The position numbers and the translations under genes are program-made. 64,000 bases of DNA from a bacterium. GTDB taxonomy: Bacteria > CLD3 > SB21. Shown here in pieces: positions 20,393 through 29,293 of the stretch. Positions within the stretch are counted from its first letter, which is position 1. The number at the start of each line of letters is the position of its first letter. Where the stretch lies: NCBI GenBank assembly GCA_013360215.1, contig JABWCP010000006.1, positions 40,470 through 104,469 of the forward strand, read 5' to 3'. Below the pieces are notes generated by a model. The model did no database searches. It was not told the origin of the DNA and was given only the letters and a program-made list of their open reading frames with translations.

Positions 20393-20419
20393 GAAAGCGG
20401 GCCAAAGCCCGCTTTTTTT
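20393..20419 (+). terminator. Rho-independent terminator after the amidohydrolase operon
   Basis: aaagcgggccaaagcccgc hairpin followed by a T7 run. Confidence 0.6.
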
Positions 20420-20741
20420 ATAAAAAGCCTGGCTTGTAATATTTTAGTTCAAATTGGTTTCAAAAGCCACGTTATCAAGTTGATGATGGGATGTAACTAT
20501 CAAATTAATTTTATCCATTGGCGAGGATGGCTTTTTCATAAGGCGATTCATTTTGCTTCACAGAGCGAAACAGGGGACAAATACCCGGGATATCATTCAC
20601 ATGAAAATAGGGTTTGAATTGTCGAATATGGCCATGAGTTTTAGAATACAGATACGAACAAGCGAAAATTTTGGTAATTCAAATTGAAAGTTGAACTTAG
20701 GTATTGAACTTTGGGCTATCAGATGATTTCGAAATTATTTG

Positions 20742-23204
20742 TCAGTATTTTTTCTTTTTTCTTAATCTTCCGATGAAAGGGGATACGATAATAATCGCGA
20801 AAGGAATGAACAAAAAAGCGATAAACTCATACGGCACGCGGTGCAAGGGAATTGTCTCAGGGTTGCCCCAGAGCATGAGCCCCGCCCAGTAATAAGGCGA
20901 TTGTTTCAGTTCATACGCCTCATTGATATATTTTAGTTTCGCTTGCCGTAGCGCTTCTGCACGCGTAAGTCCGGATGCAATACCTTCATAAAATGCACTC
21001 ATAATCATGGCTGTTGCTTCGTCATCAATATCCCAAGCGGACATGATCAGGCTGTATGCACCAGCATACGCAAAAGCTTGATTGAAACCCATGAGCCCTT
21101 CGCCGGCGACGGGTTTGCCCAAGCCGGTGCGGCAGGCGCTTAAAACGACAAGGTCAGCATCAATACGAAAGTCATAGATGTCATACATTTTAAGAGAACT
21201 GTGATCCGAAAAAAAAATTTGTGAATACATCGGTTCGATATCGGATACGACAGCGTGAGTAGCGAAATCTATGATTTTATAATTAGCGATATGGGATATT
21301 ATTTCATTTACTGAAAGATGGTTAACCCAATATCGGCTTTTATCAAATGTGTTTGAGCTGCTAATCATCTGTTTTTCAGTGTAAGGCAGATCACTTCGTA
21401 GTGAAGATGAAGCAAATGCAAATCCAGCATAGTGGCGAGGTGCGTTTGAAAAACGACGAACGCGATCTAACCAAAAACTGGCTGATATGGCGTAAACTAT
21501 AGGATAATGTCGAAGCAAAATATCGTTAGGTTTATCTGATGAAAGTAACAATTCAAAGGGCAAACGGGTTAATGGCCCGTCTGGGACAACGATGAGTGTT
21601 TTATTTTTATCAAGAATGTCTTCAAAAGGGTGAATCAACGCATTGTATAATTTTCTGCTCGCCACTTCGTCCGTGGTTTGATTTGTACAGACAGTTTCAG
21701 CCCATCGGATTAAACTATCTTTACGGATTCCTGAAATATTTATTTTCATCGTATCGCCAGTAATAAAAAACGAAATCAACGAATCTTCACAGAGGCCGTA
21801 CTCTATTAGTTGGTAGGACTGACCCAATGCGTCCTTTAAAGCGTTCGAGGATTGATTTGTATTTTCAAATGGTGATTTCGCAGAATCCTCCAAAAAAAGT
21901 AAAGAGTCTAACAGGTGAACTCGTTCGGTATCCCATATGCGGGCCTCATGCAGAGCTATGGGATGATTTTGATATTGGCCAAAGATATTTCGAATGCGTC
22001 GATCAATTGAAGATAAACTGTCTGATAAAGCTTTCAGTGATCTATTACCGCTAAGTCGGAGCAGTTTGGATGAGTACAGTGATTTAGTATTTTCAATGAG
22101 GTTAAATGCGACTTGAGTTTTTCCTTGTCTGGCATAAAAACGCGCGGCATGTAGATAAGCAGGGACGATATTTTTAGAAATAGCAACAATGGAGATACCT
22201 TTATTTAATTCAGCCTTTTTAGTAGCTAACATGATAGAGCGACGGTACAAGCTGTCGGCTTCTTCTATTTTAGATTGTGATTCGGCCACTCTAGCTAATC
22301 CGGAACAAGCCGTCCAGTTTTCCATTAATAAATTCAATGCAGTTTTATAAGAAACAGAGGCTTTATCCCATTTGCCGATACGTTCATAATAGTATCCCAA
22401 TTCGCTGTACACGACATCTGCTTCGCTTTTCAACGTTTTTATTTCTTCAACGGATCGTAGTTGATTCTTTATTGCTTCTTCGTATTTGTTTTGTTTGTAA
22501 TACAATTCAGCGATGCCCGAATAAGCGCTTAATTTACGATCATTTGGCTGAATATGGAGCTTAGAACTCATTGCCAAAACTCGATTAAAATACTCTTCCG
22601 ATTTTCGAAACTCATTAGTTTCTCTGAAAATTCTTCCCATCTGAAGGTAGGTCGAGCTTAATTCATACTCATCATGTAGTCGCTCAAAAAAAATATTACA
22701 TGAATCAAAACAAGCTAGTGCTTCGCGGTAATTACCAAGATGAAAATTGACTAATCCTAATCGGTTAAGTGTAGAGTAATACGGATGCGGTTTCTTTTTA
22801 AACACGGAATCAGCGCGTGCAATTTTAATTGCCTCATGTAGGAGTAGTAGAGAAGAGGAATATTCGTTGAGCATCAGTTTGTAGTGCGCTTCAAAAGATA
22901 AAGCATAAACCAGCCAATCAGGATAATGTGTATTTAAAAATATCTGTTGAGACTTACGGGTAGGATCAATCGCAGAAGCATAGTCGTTAATATTTTGATA
23001 AAACACTCCTATCCGAAGATATTCAATACCGCAACGCATAGAGTCAGTTCGGTTGCTCAATGATGAAATCAAACTATCCAAAACATGCAACGCACCGCGT
23101 GGGTTGCTTTCATTCAGCATTTTTTGGATTGGCTTGAAATCTTGTGATGAAGCTTTTGTGAATACAACCAAACAATACATCACAAAATAAAGGAACTTAA
23201 TCAT
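20742..23204 (-). CDS. TPR-repeat + CHAT-domain (caspase-like) protease with signal peptide and C-terminal TM anchor
   Basis: N-terminal signal peptide; ~350 aa of TPR-like repeats. CHAT His-Cys dyad context (DFATHAVV ... LVVLSACRTGLGK); C-terminal hydrophobic helix and a KKKKY tail. Confidence 0.8.
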   Translation of the reverse strand: MIKFLYFVMYCLVVFTKASSQDFKPIQKMLNESNPRGALHVLDSLISSLSNRTDSMRCGIEYLRIGVFYQNINDYASAIDPTRKSQQIFLNTHYPDWLVYALSFEAHYKLMLNEYSSSLLLLHEAIKIARADSVFKKKPHPYYSTLNRLGLVNFHLGNYREALACFDSCNIFFERLHDEYELSSTYLQMGRIFRETNEFRKSEEYFNRVLAMSSKLHIQPNDRKLSAYSGIAELYYKQNKYEEAIKNQLRSVEEIKTLKSEADVVYSELGYYYERIGKWDKASVSYKTALNLLMENWTACSGLARVAESQSKIEEADSLYRRSIMLATKKAELNKGISIVAISKNIVPAYLHAARFYARQGKTQVAFNLIENTKSLYSSKLLRLSGNRSLKALSDSLSSIDRRIRNIFGQYQNHPIALHEARIWDTERVHLLDSLLFLEDSAKSPFENTNQSSNALKDALGQSYQLIEYGLCEDSLISFFITGDTMKINISGIRKDSLIRWAETVCTNQTTDEVASRKLYNALIHPFEDILDKNKTLIVVPDGPLTRLPFELLLSSDKPNDILLRHYPIVYAISASFWLDRVRRFSNAPRHYAGFAFASSSLRSDLPYTEKQMISSSNTFDKSRYWVNHLSVNEIISHIANYKIIDFATHAVVSDIEPMYSQIFFSDHSSLKMYDIYDFRIDADLVVLSACRTGLGKPVAGEGLMGFNQAFAYAGAYSLIMSAWDIDDEATAMIMSAFYEGIASGLTRAEALRQAKLKYINEAYELKQSPYYWAGLMLWGNPETIPLHRVPYEFIAFLFIPFAIIIVSPFIGRLRKKKKY

Positions 23205-23281
23205 AAGGAATGGCGTTTAATGTAGAAGTCTCTCTCAATTTAATTTATCGTCCTACCCATCTCAAAAAGAGGAGTGTTTGT

Positions 23282-23908
23282 ATGAAAAAGATCGCTCTCT
23301 GCGTTTCAGGCACTTTTACGCTTGCAATTATTTATGCTTTGTACGGTATTTTAGGGCCAGTTAACACAACTGACACCAATGATTCGGGCACAGCTATTCC
23401 ACCGACCGGAGGAGGTAATGATGTTCAAATATCCAATAGGCCGATCAGTGATCCTAATTCCTACCTATCCATAACTTTACCAAAAAACATTATTGCCGAC
23501 ATTTCTATCAATGTAATTAACAATGGTGACGCCGATGGTCAGCCTAATTACATCGTAATGTCTCAATATTATATGACGATGTGGGATGACGGTTTGCCGG
23601 AAGTGAAATCTCATAACGATGTGCTGACCAAAGTTCAAATTATTCGTGATAAAATATTAAAATTTAAATCACAAAACATTTTCTCCCGTTATCCAATGGG
23701 TACTGTGCTGACAGGGGATACAATTTTTGTAGAAATCGACGGTAAAGCTGTATCCCTTGGCGAACTGATACGTTTTGGGTTTTATTTTAACTCCGGCAAA
23801 ACGACGCCGTACGACGAGTATTATTGCAAAATAGGAATGAGAAATTACGGCATCAAAATCGAAGTTCGTAACAAAGGTTTCATGAAATACTTTGACAGCT
23901 CGCATTAA
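23282..23908 (+). CDS. Secreted hypothetical protein
   Basis: AGAGGAG RBS, signal-anchor, 208 aa. Divergent from the CHAT gene (78-bp spacer). Confidence 0.45.
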   Translation: MKKIALCVSGTFTLAIIYALYGILGPVNTTDTNDSGTAIPPTGGGNDVQISNRPISDPNSYLSITLPKNIIADISINVINNGDADGQPNYIVMSQYYMTMWDDGLPEVKSHNDVLTKVQIIRDKILKFKSQNIFSRYPMGTVLTGDTIFVEIDGKAVSLGELIRFGFYFNSGKTTPYDEYYCKIGMRNYGIKIEVRNKGFMKYFDSSH

Positions 23909-24090
23909 ATATAGCTTGAAACGGTTTTGTAATGTTTCAGAAAGTGCAGATTTATGTCAGGTACAGTTTTTTTACATAGATATTATTCATGATTCAATGG
24001 GTATTTACATATACCGACATATGATTTACTTGCTTTTACTTGTTCGGTATTTTCAAAAAACGTTTCATATGTTTTTTTACGAATTAAAAA

Positions 24091-24723
24091 CTATTCGCTG
24101 ATGTATTTATTTATTTGTGCTGTGAGTATTTCGACACGCAAAAAAACTTTGGAGTTGGTTGTAAGTTTACGAACTGATTCCAATGTGTTTAATGTGAGTA
24201 CTAGTTTTTCTTTATCATACCTCGGAAACAAACCCAGAGTCGTTTCTTTGGATTCAAATAACAATCGCACACCTTCTTTGAAGAGCCGGATATCCTCCGG
24301 CTCTTTTTCATTGGAACCGCGGGTCGCGGCGGGTGCTATGGCAAACTCATAATCCTTTTGAAACTGCGCCAAGCCTTGCGGCCCGTGATCGAACCGATAA
24401 TTTACATAAGCCACTAGGCCGGAATAACTCCCGACTATGATCAAAAAAATGGCTGCGGCGCGTAACCACACGGTTTTTGTCAAATTAGATTTTACAGAAG
24501 GTGTGGTTTTCTGTTGGAGCCGTGCAAAATGATTTTCCGAGGGGGTTAGTCGATCTAATCCCGTTTTACGATCCAGCATGACCTGTAATTCAGCCTGAGC
24601 ATTCGGATCCAGATCTATGCGTCGGCGAATAGATTCTTCTTTTTCCGGTGTCAAAGGAAAATGACTGCGCATCGCATAGTCGGCAATTTCCTGACGGCTG
24701 AGTTTTTCTTTTGAGTCCAGCAT
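24091..24723 (-). CDS. Putative membrane anti-sigma factor (single TM)
   Basis: Immediately downstream of the sigma-factor gene on the same strand (24-nt gap). ~95 aa cytoplasmic N-domain, one TM (LRAAAIFLIIVGSYSGLVAYV), ~95 aa periplasmic C-domain. Assignment is by context. Confidence 0.5.
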   Translation of the reverse strand: MLDSKEKLSRQEIADYAMRSHFPLTPEKEESIRRRIDLDPNAQAELQVMLDRKTGLDRLTPSENHFARLQQKTTPSVKSNLTKTVWLRAAAIFLIIVGSYSGLVAYVNYRFDHGPQGLAQFQKDYEFAIAPAATRGSNEKEPEDIRLFKEGVRLLFESKETTLGLFPRYDKEKLVLTLNTLESVRKLTTNSKVFLRVEILTAQINKYISE

Positions 24724-24747
24724 ACAATCTCTTACGGTATAGACAAT

Positions 24748-25398
24748 TTAGGGGTTCGGTTCATAACTCTCTGCATAGGCTTCGCGGATTGTATGGGAAT
24801 TGCGAAGCGCTTTGATGCCACGCGCAAAATACGCGCGTATGGTTTCCACGCTGTGTCCCATCTCCTGAGCGATCACATGATACTCTTTATCTTCCCATAT
24901 TTTTTTGTGAATAACCGTCTGTACATAGTCCGGAAGTTGGCGCATTTCTCCGGAGATGATTCTGTCAAAAAACAGTTTTACATCCAAATCATGTATCATG
25001 GACCTATCGGCTTCGTTACCGATCACTTCTGTCAGTACTTCGTTCCACTGTTCCGGATGACAAGAACGAATATAGTTGAGAAAGCGATACTTGCAGATGA
25101 CCGAAAGCCATCCCGCAAAATGCGACGGGGTATGCACATGAGCGTGTTTTTGAATGAATAAAAAATAGACTTCTTCGATAAGTTTTTCGGCATCACCGGC
25201 AGAGTGAATTTGCCCGCAAAGAAACTTGCGAAAAAAATATCTTCTCGTCCAGCAATAAACCCAAGTTTGTACCCATTCGCCGTCATTTGCTTTGCCAATC
25301 AGACGCCATTGCACAAAACGATGGTTCACCGCATCGGCATTATCTAATTGAAAATCAATGGCTTTGAGCAATGTGCCCGGCAACTGATCTGAATCCAT
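24748..25398 (-). CDS. Sigma-70 family (ECF-type) RNA polymerase sigma factor with ~65 aa N-terminal extension
   Basis: Region 2 (EEVYFLFIQKHAHVHTPSHFAGWLSVICKYRFLNYIR) and region 4 HTH (YHVIAQEMGHSVETIRAYFARGIKALR). Confidence 0.75.
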   Translation of the reverse strand: MDSDQLPGTLLKAIDFQLDNADAVNHRFVQWRLIGKANDGEWVQTWVYCWTRRYFFRKFLCGQIHSAGDAEKLIEEVYFLFIQKHAHVHTPSHFAGWLSVICKYRFLNYIRSCHPEQWNEVLTEVIGNEADRSMIHDLDVKLFFDRIISGEMRQLPDYVQTVIHKKIWEDKEYHVIAQEMGHSVETIRAYFARGIKALRNSHTIREAYAESYEPNP

Positions 25399-25669
25399 GA
25401 GGGAAAGTAGTTATGAAATAACCAAGAACGGTGTCTATATGAGTAAACAAAGTTAAACATCGGTATGGCGATGTACAAGAAAATTATTTCTTAAAAACTT
25501 TTTGTGAATTTTGTTCATAGGAAAATCGAGTATGTAATGTTTTCCGCTCTTAGAGCAATGAGTAACTGCGAAGTGTGTAATATGCTCTAAAACTTCCACT
25601 GCCAAATAACTAAGTATTTAATAATTTCGTTCTAATTGAATTGTTAAACCAAATTTAGGAGGAGATGTT

Positions 25670-26683
25670 ATGATCCGTTTTTTTATCGGCATTTTCATTT
25701 TCTTTCTTACCGCACAAGCTAGTTCTCAGAATGTTAAGCTAATAAGAAAAGGTGAGATCAAGGAACACGATATCAATTCTGCAATAACCGCAATATTTGG
25801 ATCTAAACTAGACACTGCTGTTTTGGCGATTATGGATGACGGAAATGCGATAACTTGGACGCTTGGAGGTAAATCCGTAAAACAGGGCGCAGTTCTTAAC
25901 GCCAGGGTATTTTATATCTTTGTTGCCGGTAATCGGATTATGGATGAACCGTCTGTCAATTATATCAAAAACAAATCTGCAATCGAAAATTCAGTGAATG
26001 ACATTTTGAGTTTTATTAAGCAATCAAATCGGTTCGGAATATATAGCGCCAAAAGTAACGGGGGCAACATCCCATATAAGGTATATGAAGTTTCAAATAT
26101 TAAACCCCCGGGAAACGCTGAAATAATTATAGATGTGATTCAAGATGACAACTCAAGAATGAGCAAGAAGATAACAGTTCCAATCCATGAGTTGAATTGG
26201 GCACTGCTTAAAGTCGGTGTGCAGCAGAGCAAGTTTGTCAAAAATGATTTTAGAATCAGCGAAGGTCGAATCATTGCATCACCTGATAGTGCACATCGGA
26301 AAGAATGGAAACAGCAGTTGTTCGTAGCGATTGAAGTGCATTGGCCTCGCGATCCGGAAACTTATAATCCGAACATATACAACTGGAAAAAACATAATTA
26401 TGACCGTTTGGGGTTGTTCACTGGCTTAAAATTGTCAAAAGCCCCCTTAGATGTCTTTTTTATTGGAAGTACGGTTGATCTTTTTAAAGATTTTTCTTTT
26501 GTCGGCGGTCTATCATGGAAAAAAATTTATAAAAACGAATCTGTAGCAATCGGGAATGTGTCTTCGCTTAAGACAGCCAAAAACTACCTGACCCAAAAAT
26601 ATTCTAAGCCAACGTGGTTTTGGGGCTTAGCTCTATCGCCATCTGCAATGGCAGAATCACTTGGGTTAAAAGAAAAACAATGA
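25670..26683 (+). CDS. Secreted hypothetical protein
   Basis: GGAGGAG RBS and signal peptide MIRFFIGIFIFFLTAQASSQ; 337 aa. Confidence 0.5.
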   Translation: MIRFFIGIFIFFLTAQASSQNVKLIRKGEIKEHDINSAITAIFGSKLDTAVLAIMDDGNAITWTLGGKSVKQGAVLNARVFYIFVAGNRIMDEPSVNYIKNKSAIENSVNDILSFIKQSNRFGIYSAKSNGGNIPYKVYEVSNIKPPGNAEIIIDVIQDDNSRMSKKITVPIHELNWALLKVGVQQSKFVKNDFRISEGRIIASPDSAHRKEWKQQLFVAIEVHWPRDPETYNPNIYNWKKHNYDRLGLFTGLKLSKAPLDVFFIGSTVDLFKDFSFVGGLSWKKIYKNESVAIGNVSSLKTAKNYLTQKYSKPTWFWGLALSPSAMAESLGLKEKQ

Positions 26684-26850
26684 ACGATCATCGCGCTATA
26701 TGACCGTTATGTATTTTCATTAGAATTTATTATAACTACGAAAGCCGCAAATTTTGGAGACAGAGTCTTTTCTTTTTTAGAAAAACAAATATTTCAATGT
26801 GCTTTTGGGGTTATTCATAGAAGTTAAACATCTTCAAAAGAAGGAGTTTT

Positions 26851-27374
26851 ATGAAAAAAATCATTTTTTTTTCTTGCTTCTGTGGGCTCATGATGTCTTT
26901 TCTCAGTCAGACAATTCGTCTGAAGATGAAAAGCCTTGGCTTAAAAAGCATTTCAATGTCAAGTCGGGTTGGGGATATAGATTTTGGCTGGTACGGCTTG
27001 AGGAGAGGTTTTATATTGATTTGAAAGAAAAACATCATAAGGAAATCGATGTTTTTAAACATGGAAAAATAGGAGCTCCGGGGTCTCAGATTTTGAGTAT
27101 AGATGCGTATCATGGATTTGATAAAGGCTTTCTTAGATTGGGGGTAAACGGTTCTTTAGGTCATGCCACTACCGCTGATCAAGAAGAAGAGCTACTCATA
27201 TGGACGGCAGGAGGATTTATTCAATTTGGCAGAGCAATCCGAATTGAAGGTGGCATAATAAAGGCTTTTAGTGCGGATATAGCATCGGATGGTAGGCAAG
27301 ATGATCGTGCATGCTATATAGGCCTGTCATATCCCTACGATTTGATAGATGTAATAAACGAATTTACTCAATGA
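26851..27374 (+). pseudogene. Secreted hypothetical protein gene interrupted by a frameshift in a T9 homopolymer (26864..26872)
   Basis: ATG 26851 with AAGGAG 7 nt upstream opens MKKIIFF, then shifts frame. The 191-aa ORF (26799..27374) has no ATG and no signal peptide. One extra T in the T9 run gives MKKIIFFFLLLWAHDVFSQ..., a clean signal peptide in frame with the long ORF. Confidence 0.5.
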
Positions 27375-27446
27375 AGTTTATAGTCGGGTTTTGATTTAAA
27401 CTTTCAAATTTATGCGCCGAACATTTTACGTAGCATAGATCTTCAT

Positions 27447-27478
27447 GAAAGCCGGAAAATTAACCGGCTTTTTTTTGT
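27447..27478 (+). terminator. Rho-independent terminator
   Basis: agccgg-aaaattaa-ccggct hairpin followed by T8. Confidence 0.55.
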
Positions 27479-27682
27479 TACCACTAAAAATTAAGGAAAA
27501 TAATACCTTTCTCAAATGCATCCAACCCCGACGCAGTTATAATCTTTTCATTACAAAGCCACTATATACTTTATCGCCTCATTGATGTATCACCAAATTT
27601 ACATCAGAAATAATCCGCCTGCTGCTATTGAGCACACTCTCAAATAGTTATCAAAGACTTAAAGTGTTCACACAGAGTTGTA

Positions 27683-27911
27683 TTTTCTCGTCCAGCAATA
27701 AACCCAAGTTTGTACCTATTCGTCGTCATTTGCTTTGCCCATCAGACGCCATTGCACAAAACGATCTTTCGTTATCTAATTGAAAATCAATGGCTTTGAG
27801 CAATGTGCCCGACATATGACCTGAATCCATGAGGGAATGCAGTTATGTAATAACCAAGAATGGTGTCTATATGAGTAAATAAAGTTAAACACCATAGCTA
27901 CGATGTACAAG
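27683..27911 (-). repeat. Degenerate duplicate of the promoter/5'UTR/first ~55 codons of the ECF sigma-factor gene (gene fragment)
   Basis: ~230 bp at ~88% identity to 25238..25479, including the start codon (27828-27830 on the minus strand). A 13-bp deletion breaks the frame. Confidence 0.7.
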
Positions 27912-28054
27912 ATTTTTTTGCATAAGCGCGTATTCAGAATTTCCACGCGTGCTATGGGAGATGGAAATTCTGTCGTCTAAATTTAAGCACACGTCTTTTG
28001 GGTCTAATTCCTTTTTTGGTTCTCATATTCGTCTTTTAAGGGGTCTGTACGGCT

Positions 28055-28360
28055 ATGTCTAAAAGCAGCAAATACGATGCGACACGTGAATTTATAGATG
28101 CACTTACGGAAATCATCGCCGAACCGCACCAGCATGTATTGGACAAGGTTATACTAATATGTACGCGCCTCAGAGGTTCTTACGTACCGTCTGAAAAATA
28201 TGTGCTTCGTCAGAAAGCGGTGCGTGATGTGGTCGAAATGCATCATCGCGGCATGCCGGTGCGCCTCATCATCGAAAAAACAGGTCTGAAAAAATCAACC
28301 GTGTACAAAATAATCAAAGACCAAAACGGCGGTATTTCTGAAAAGACCAATACGAAATAA
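28055..28360 (+). CDS. Small HTH DNA-binding protein (putative transcriptional regulator), paralog A
   Basis: 101 aa; C-terminal HTH-like GLKKSTVYKIIK. ~60% identical to the protein at 38308..38628. Confidence 0.6.
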   Translation: MSKSSKYDATREFIDALTEIIAEPHQHVLDKVILICTRLRGSYVPSEKYVLRQKAVRDVVEMHHRGMPVRLIIEKTGLKKSTVYKIIKDQNGGISEKTNTK

Positions 28361-28597
28361 TAAGATCATTGAAGTGGAGATAGTAGCTGTGAAAGATAAT
28401 TTCTTAAGAGATTTCGGTCTTACGATGATGCTTGCCACGATTTCCGGATTGTTGTTGCTGTGCATCGTATGGTGGCTGTGATGTGAATGTATGCCGTCAA
28501 GCTTAGAATAAGACGCTTTATTTTATCAGGTGATTGTAACAAAACGAATATATGAAAAAATCATACCAATGATTTCCAAAAAACACGGGGAGAAGAC

Positions 28598-29215
28598 ATG
28601 AGACAAATAGGGTGGTCTGTAGTATTCATGCTGATCGTTTTCGGCATAAGTATATACGGTCAAAAACAAGAGAAAGAAAGAAAGCCTACGGCCGCAGTAT
28701 TGGATTTTAAGATCATATCGGGATTGACGCCGCAGGAAGCAGCCGCGCTGACGAGCAAGTTTCGTAACTCGTTTTCCAATACCGGCAAATACACGGTGCT
28801 TGAGCGCGGTGAGATGGACAAGATTCTCAAAGAGCAGGATTTTAAGATGTCCGATGTGTGTAACTCCAGCGAGTGCGCGGTGGAGATCGGCCAGTTATTG
28901 GCCGCAGAGAAGATGGTAACCGGAGACATCGGCAAAATAGGAGAGACTTATTCGGTCACGATCAAACTTTTGGATGTGACTACCGGCAAAGTGGATGTGA
29001 CGGTCAATGAGGAATACCGCGGTAAACCGGACGGATTGCTTACGGTATTTGATATCATGGCGCAGAAAATCACCGGCACGTATAGAGTTTCCAAAACCAA
29101 ATGGTATATCCTCGGCGGAGTGGTGATAGCCGGCGGTGCAGCGGCGTTTCTAATGAAGCCCGCCAAGAAATCACCTCCGGTTTCTGTTTTTCCGGATCCG
29201 CCGAATAATCCGTAA
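28598..29215 (+). CDS. CsgG-like lipoprotein with C-terminal TM helix
   Basis: Signal peptide; AVLDF...GKYTVLERGEMDKILKEQ and GQLLAAEKMVTGDIGKIG...YSVTIKLLDVTTGKV resemble CsgG/LpoB-type motifs. C-terminal hydrophobic helix. Confidence 0.45.
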   Translation: MRQIGWSVVFMLIVFGISIYGQKQEKERKPTAAVLDFKIISGLTPQEAAALTSKFRNSFSNTGKYTVLERGEMDKILKEQDFKMSDVCNSSECAVEIGQLLAAEKMVTGDIGKIGETYSVTIKLLDVTTGKVDVTVNEEYRGKPDGLLTVFDIMAQKITGTYRVSKTKWYILGGVVIAGGAAAFLMKPAKKSPPVSVFPDPPNNP

Positions 29216-29293
29216 CAATAAGACAATGCACCGTTAACCGGAAGAATATTCTTCATCGGACTTGAACTACATAAAACATACAGGAGATAAGCA

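Noticed and set aside
20742-25398. Possibility that the CHAT/sigma genes belong to a type III-E CRISPR-Cas (Craspase) locus
   Set aside because: No Cas7-11/gRAMP-sized gene, no cas1/cas2 and no CRISPR repeat array anywhere in the 64 kb. The CHAT protein is predicted to be secreted or periplasmic, unlike cytoplasmic Csx29. It is kept as an analogous stand-alone module instead.
26851-27027. 58-codon ORF MKKIIFFSCFCGLMMSF... as a genuine small secreted peptide
   Set aside because: More parsimonious as the 5' end of the frameshifted 26799..27374 gene, because the downstream frame continues a perfect signal-peptide sequence after a 1-nt correction.
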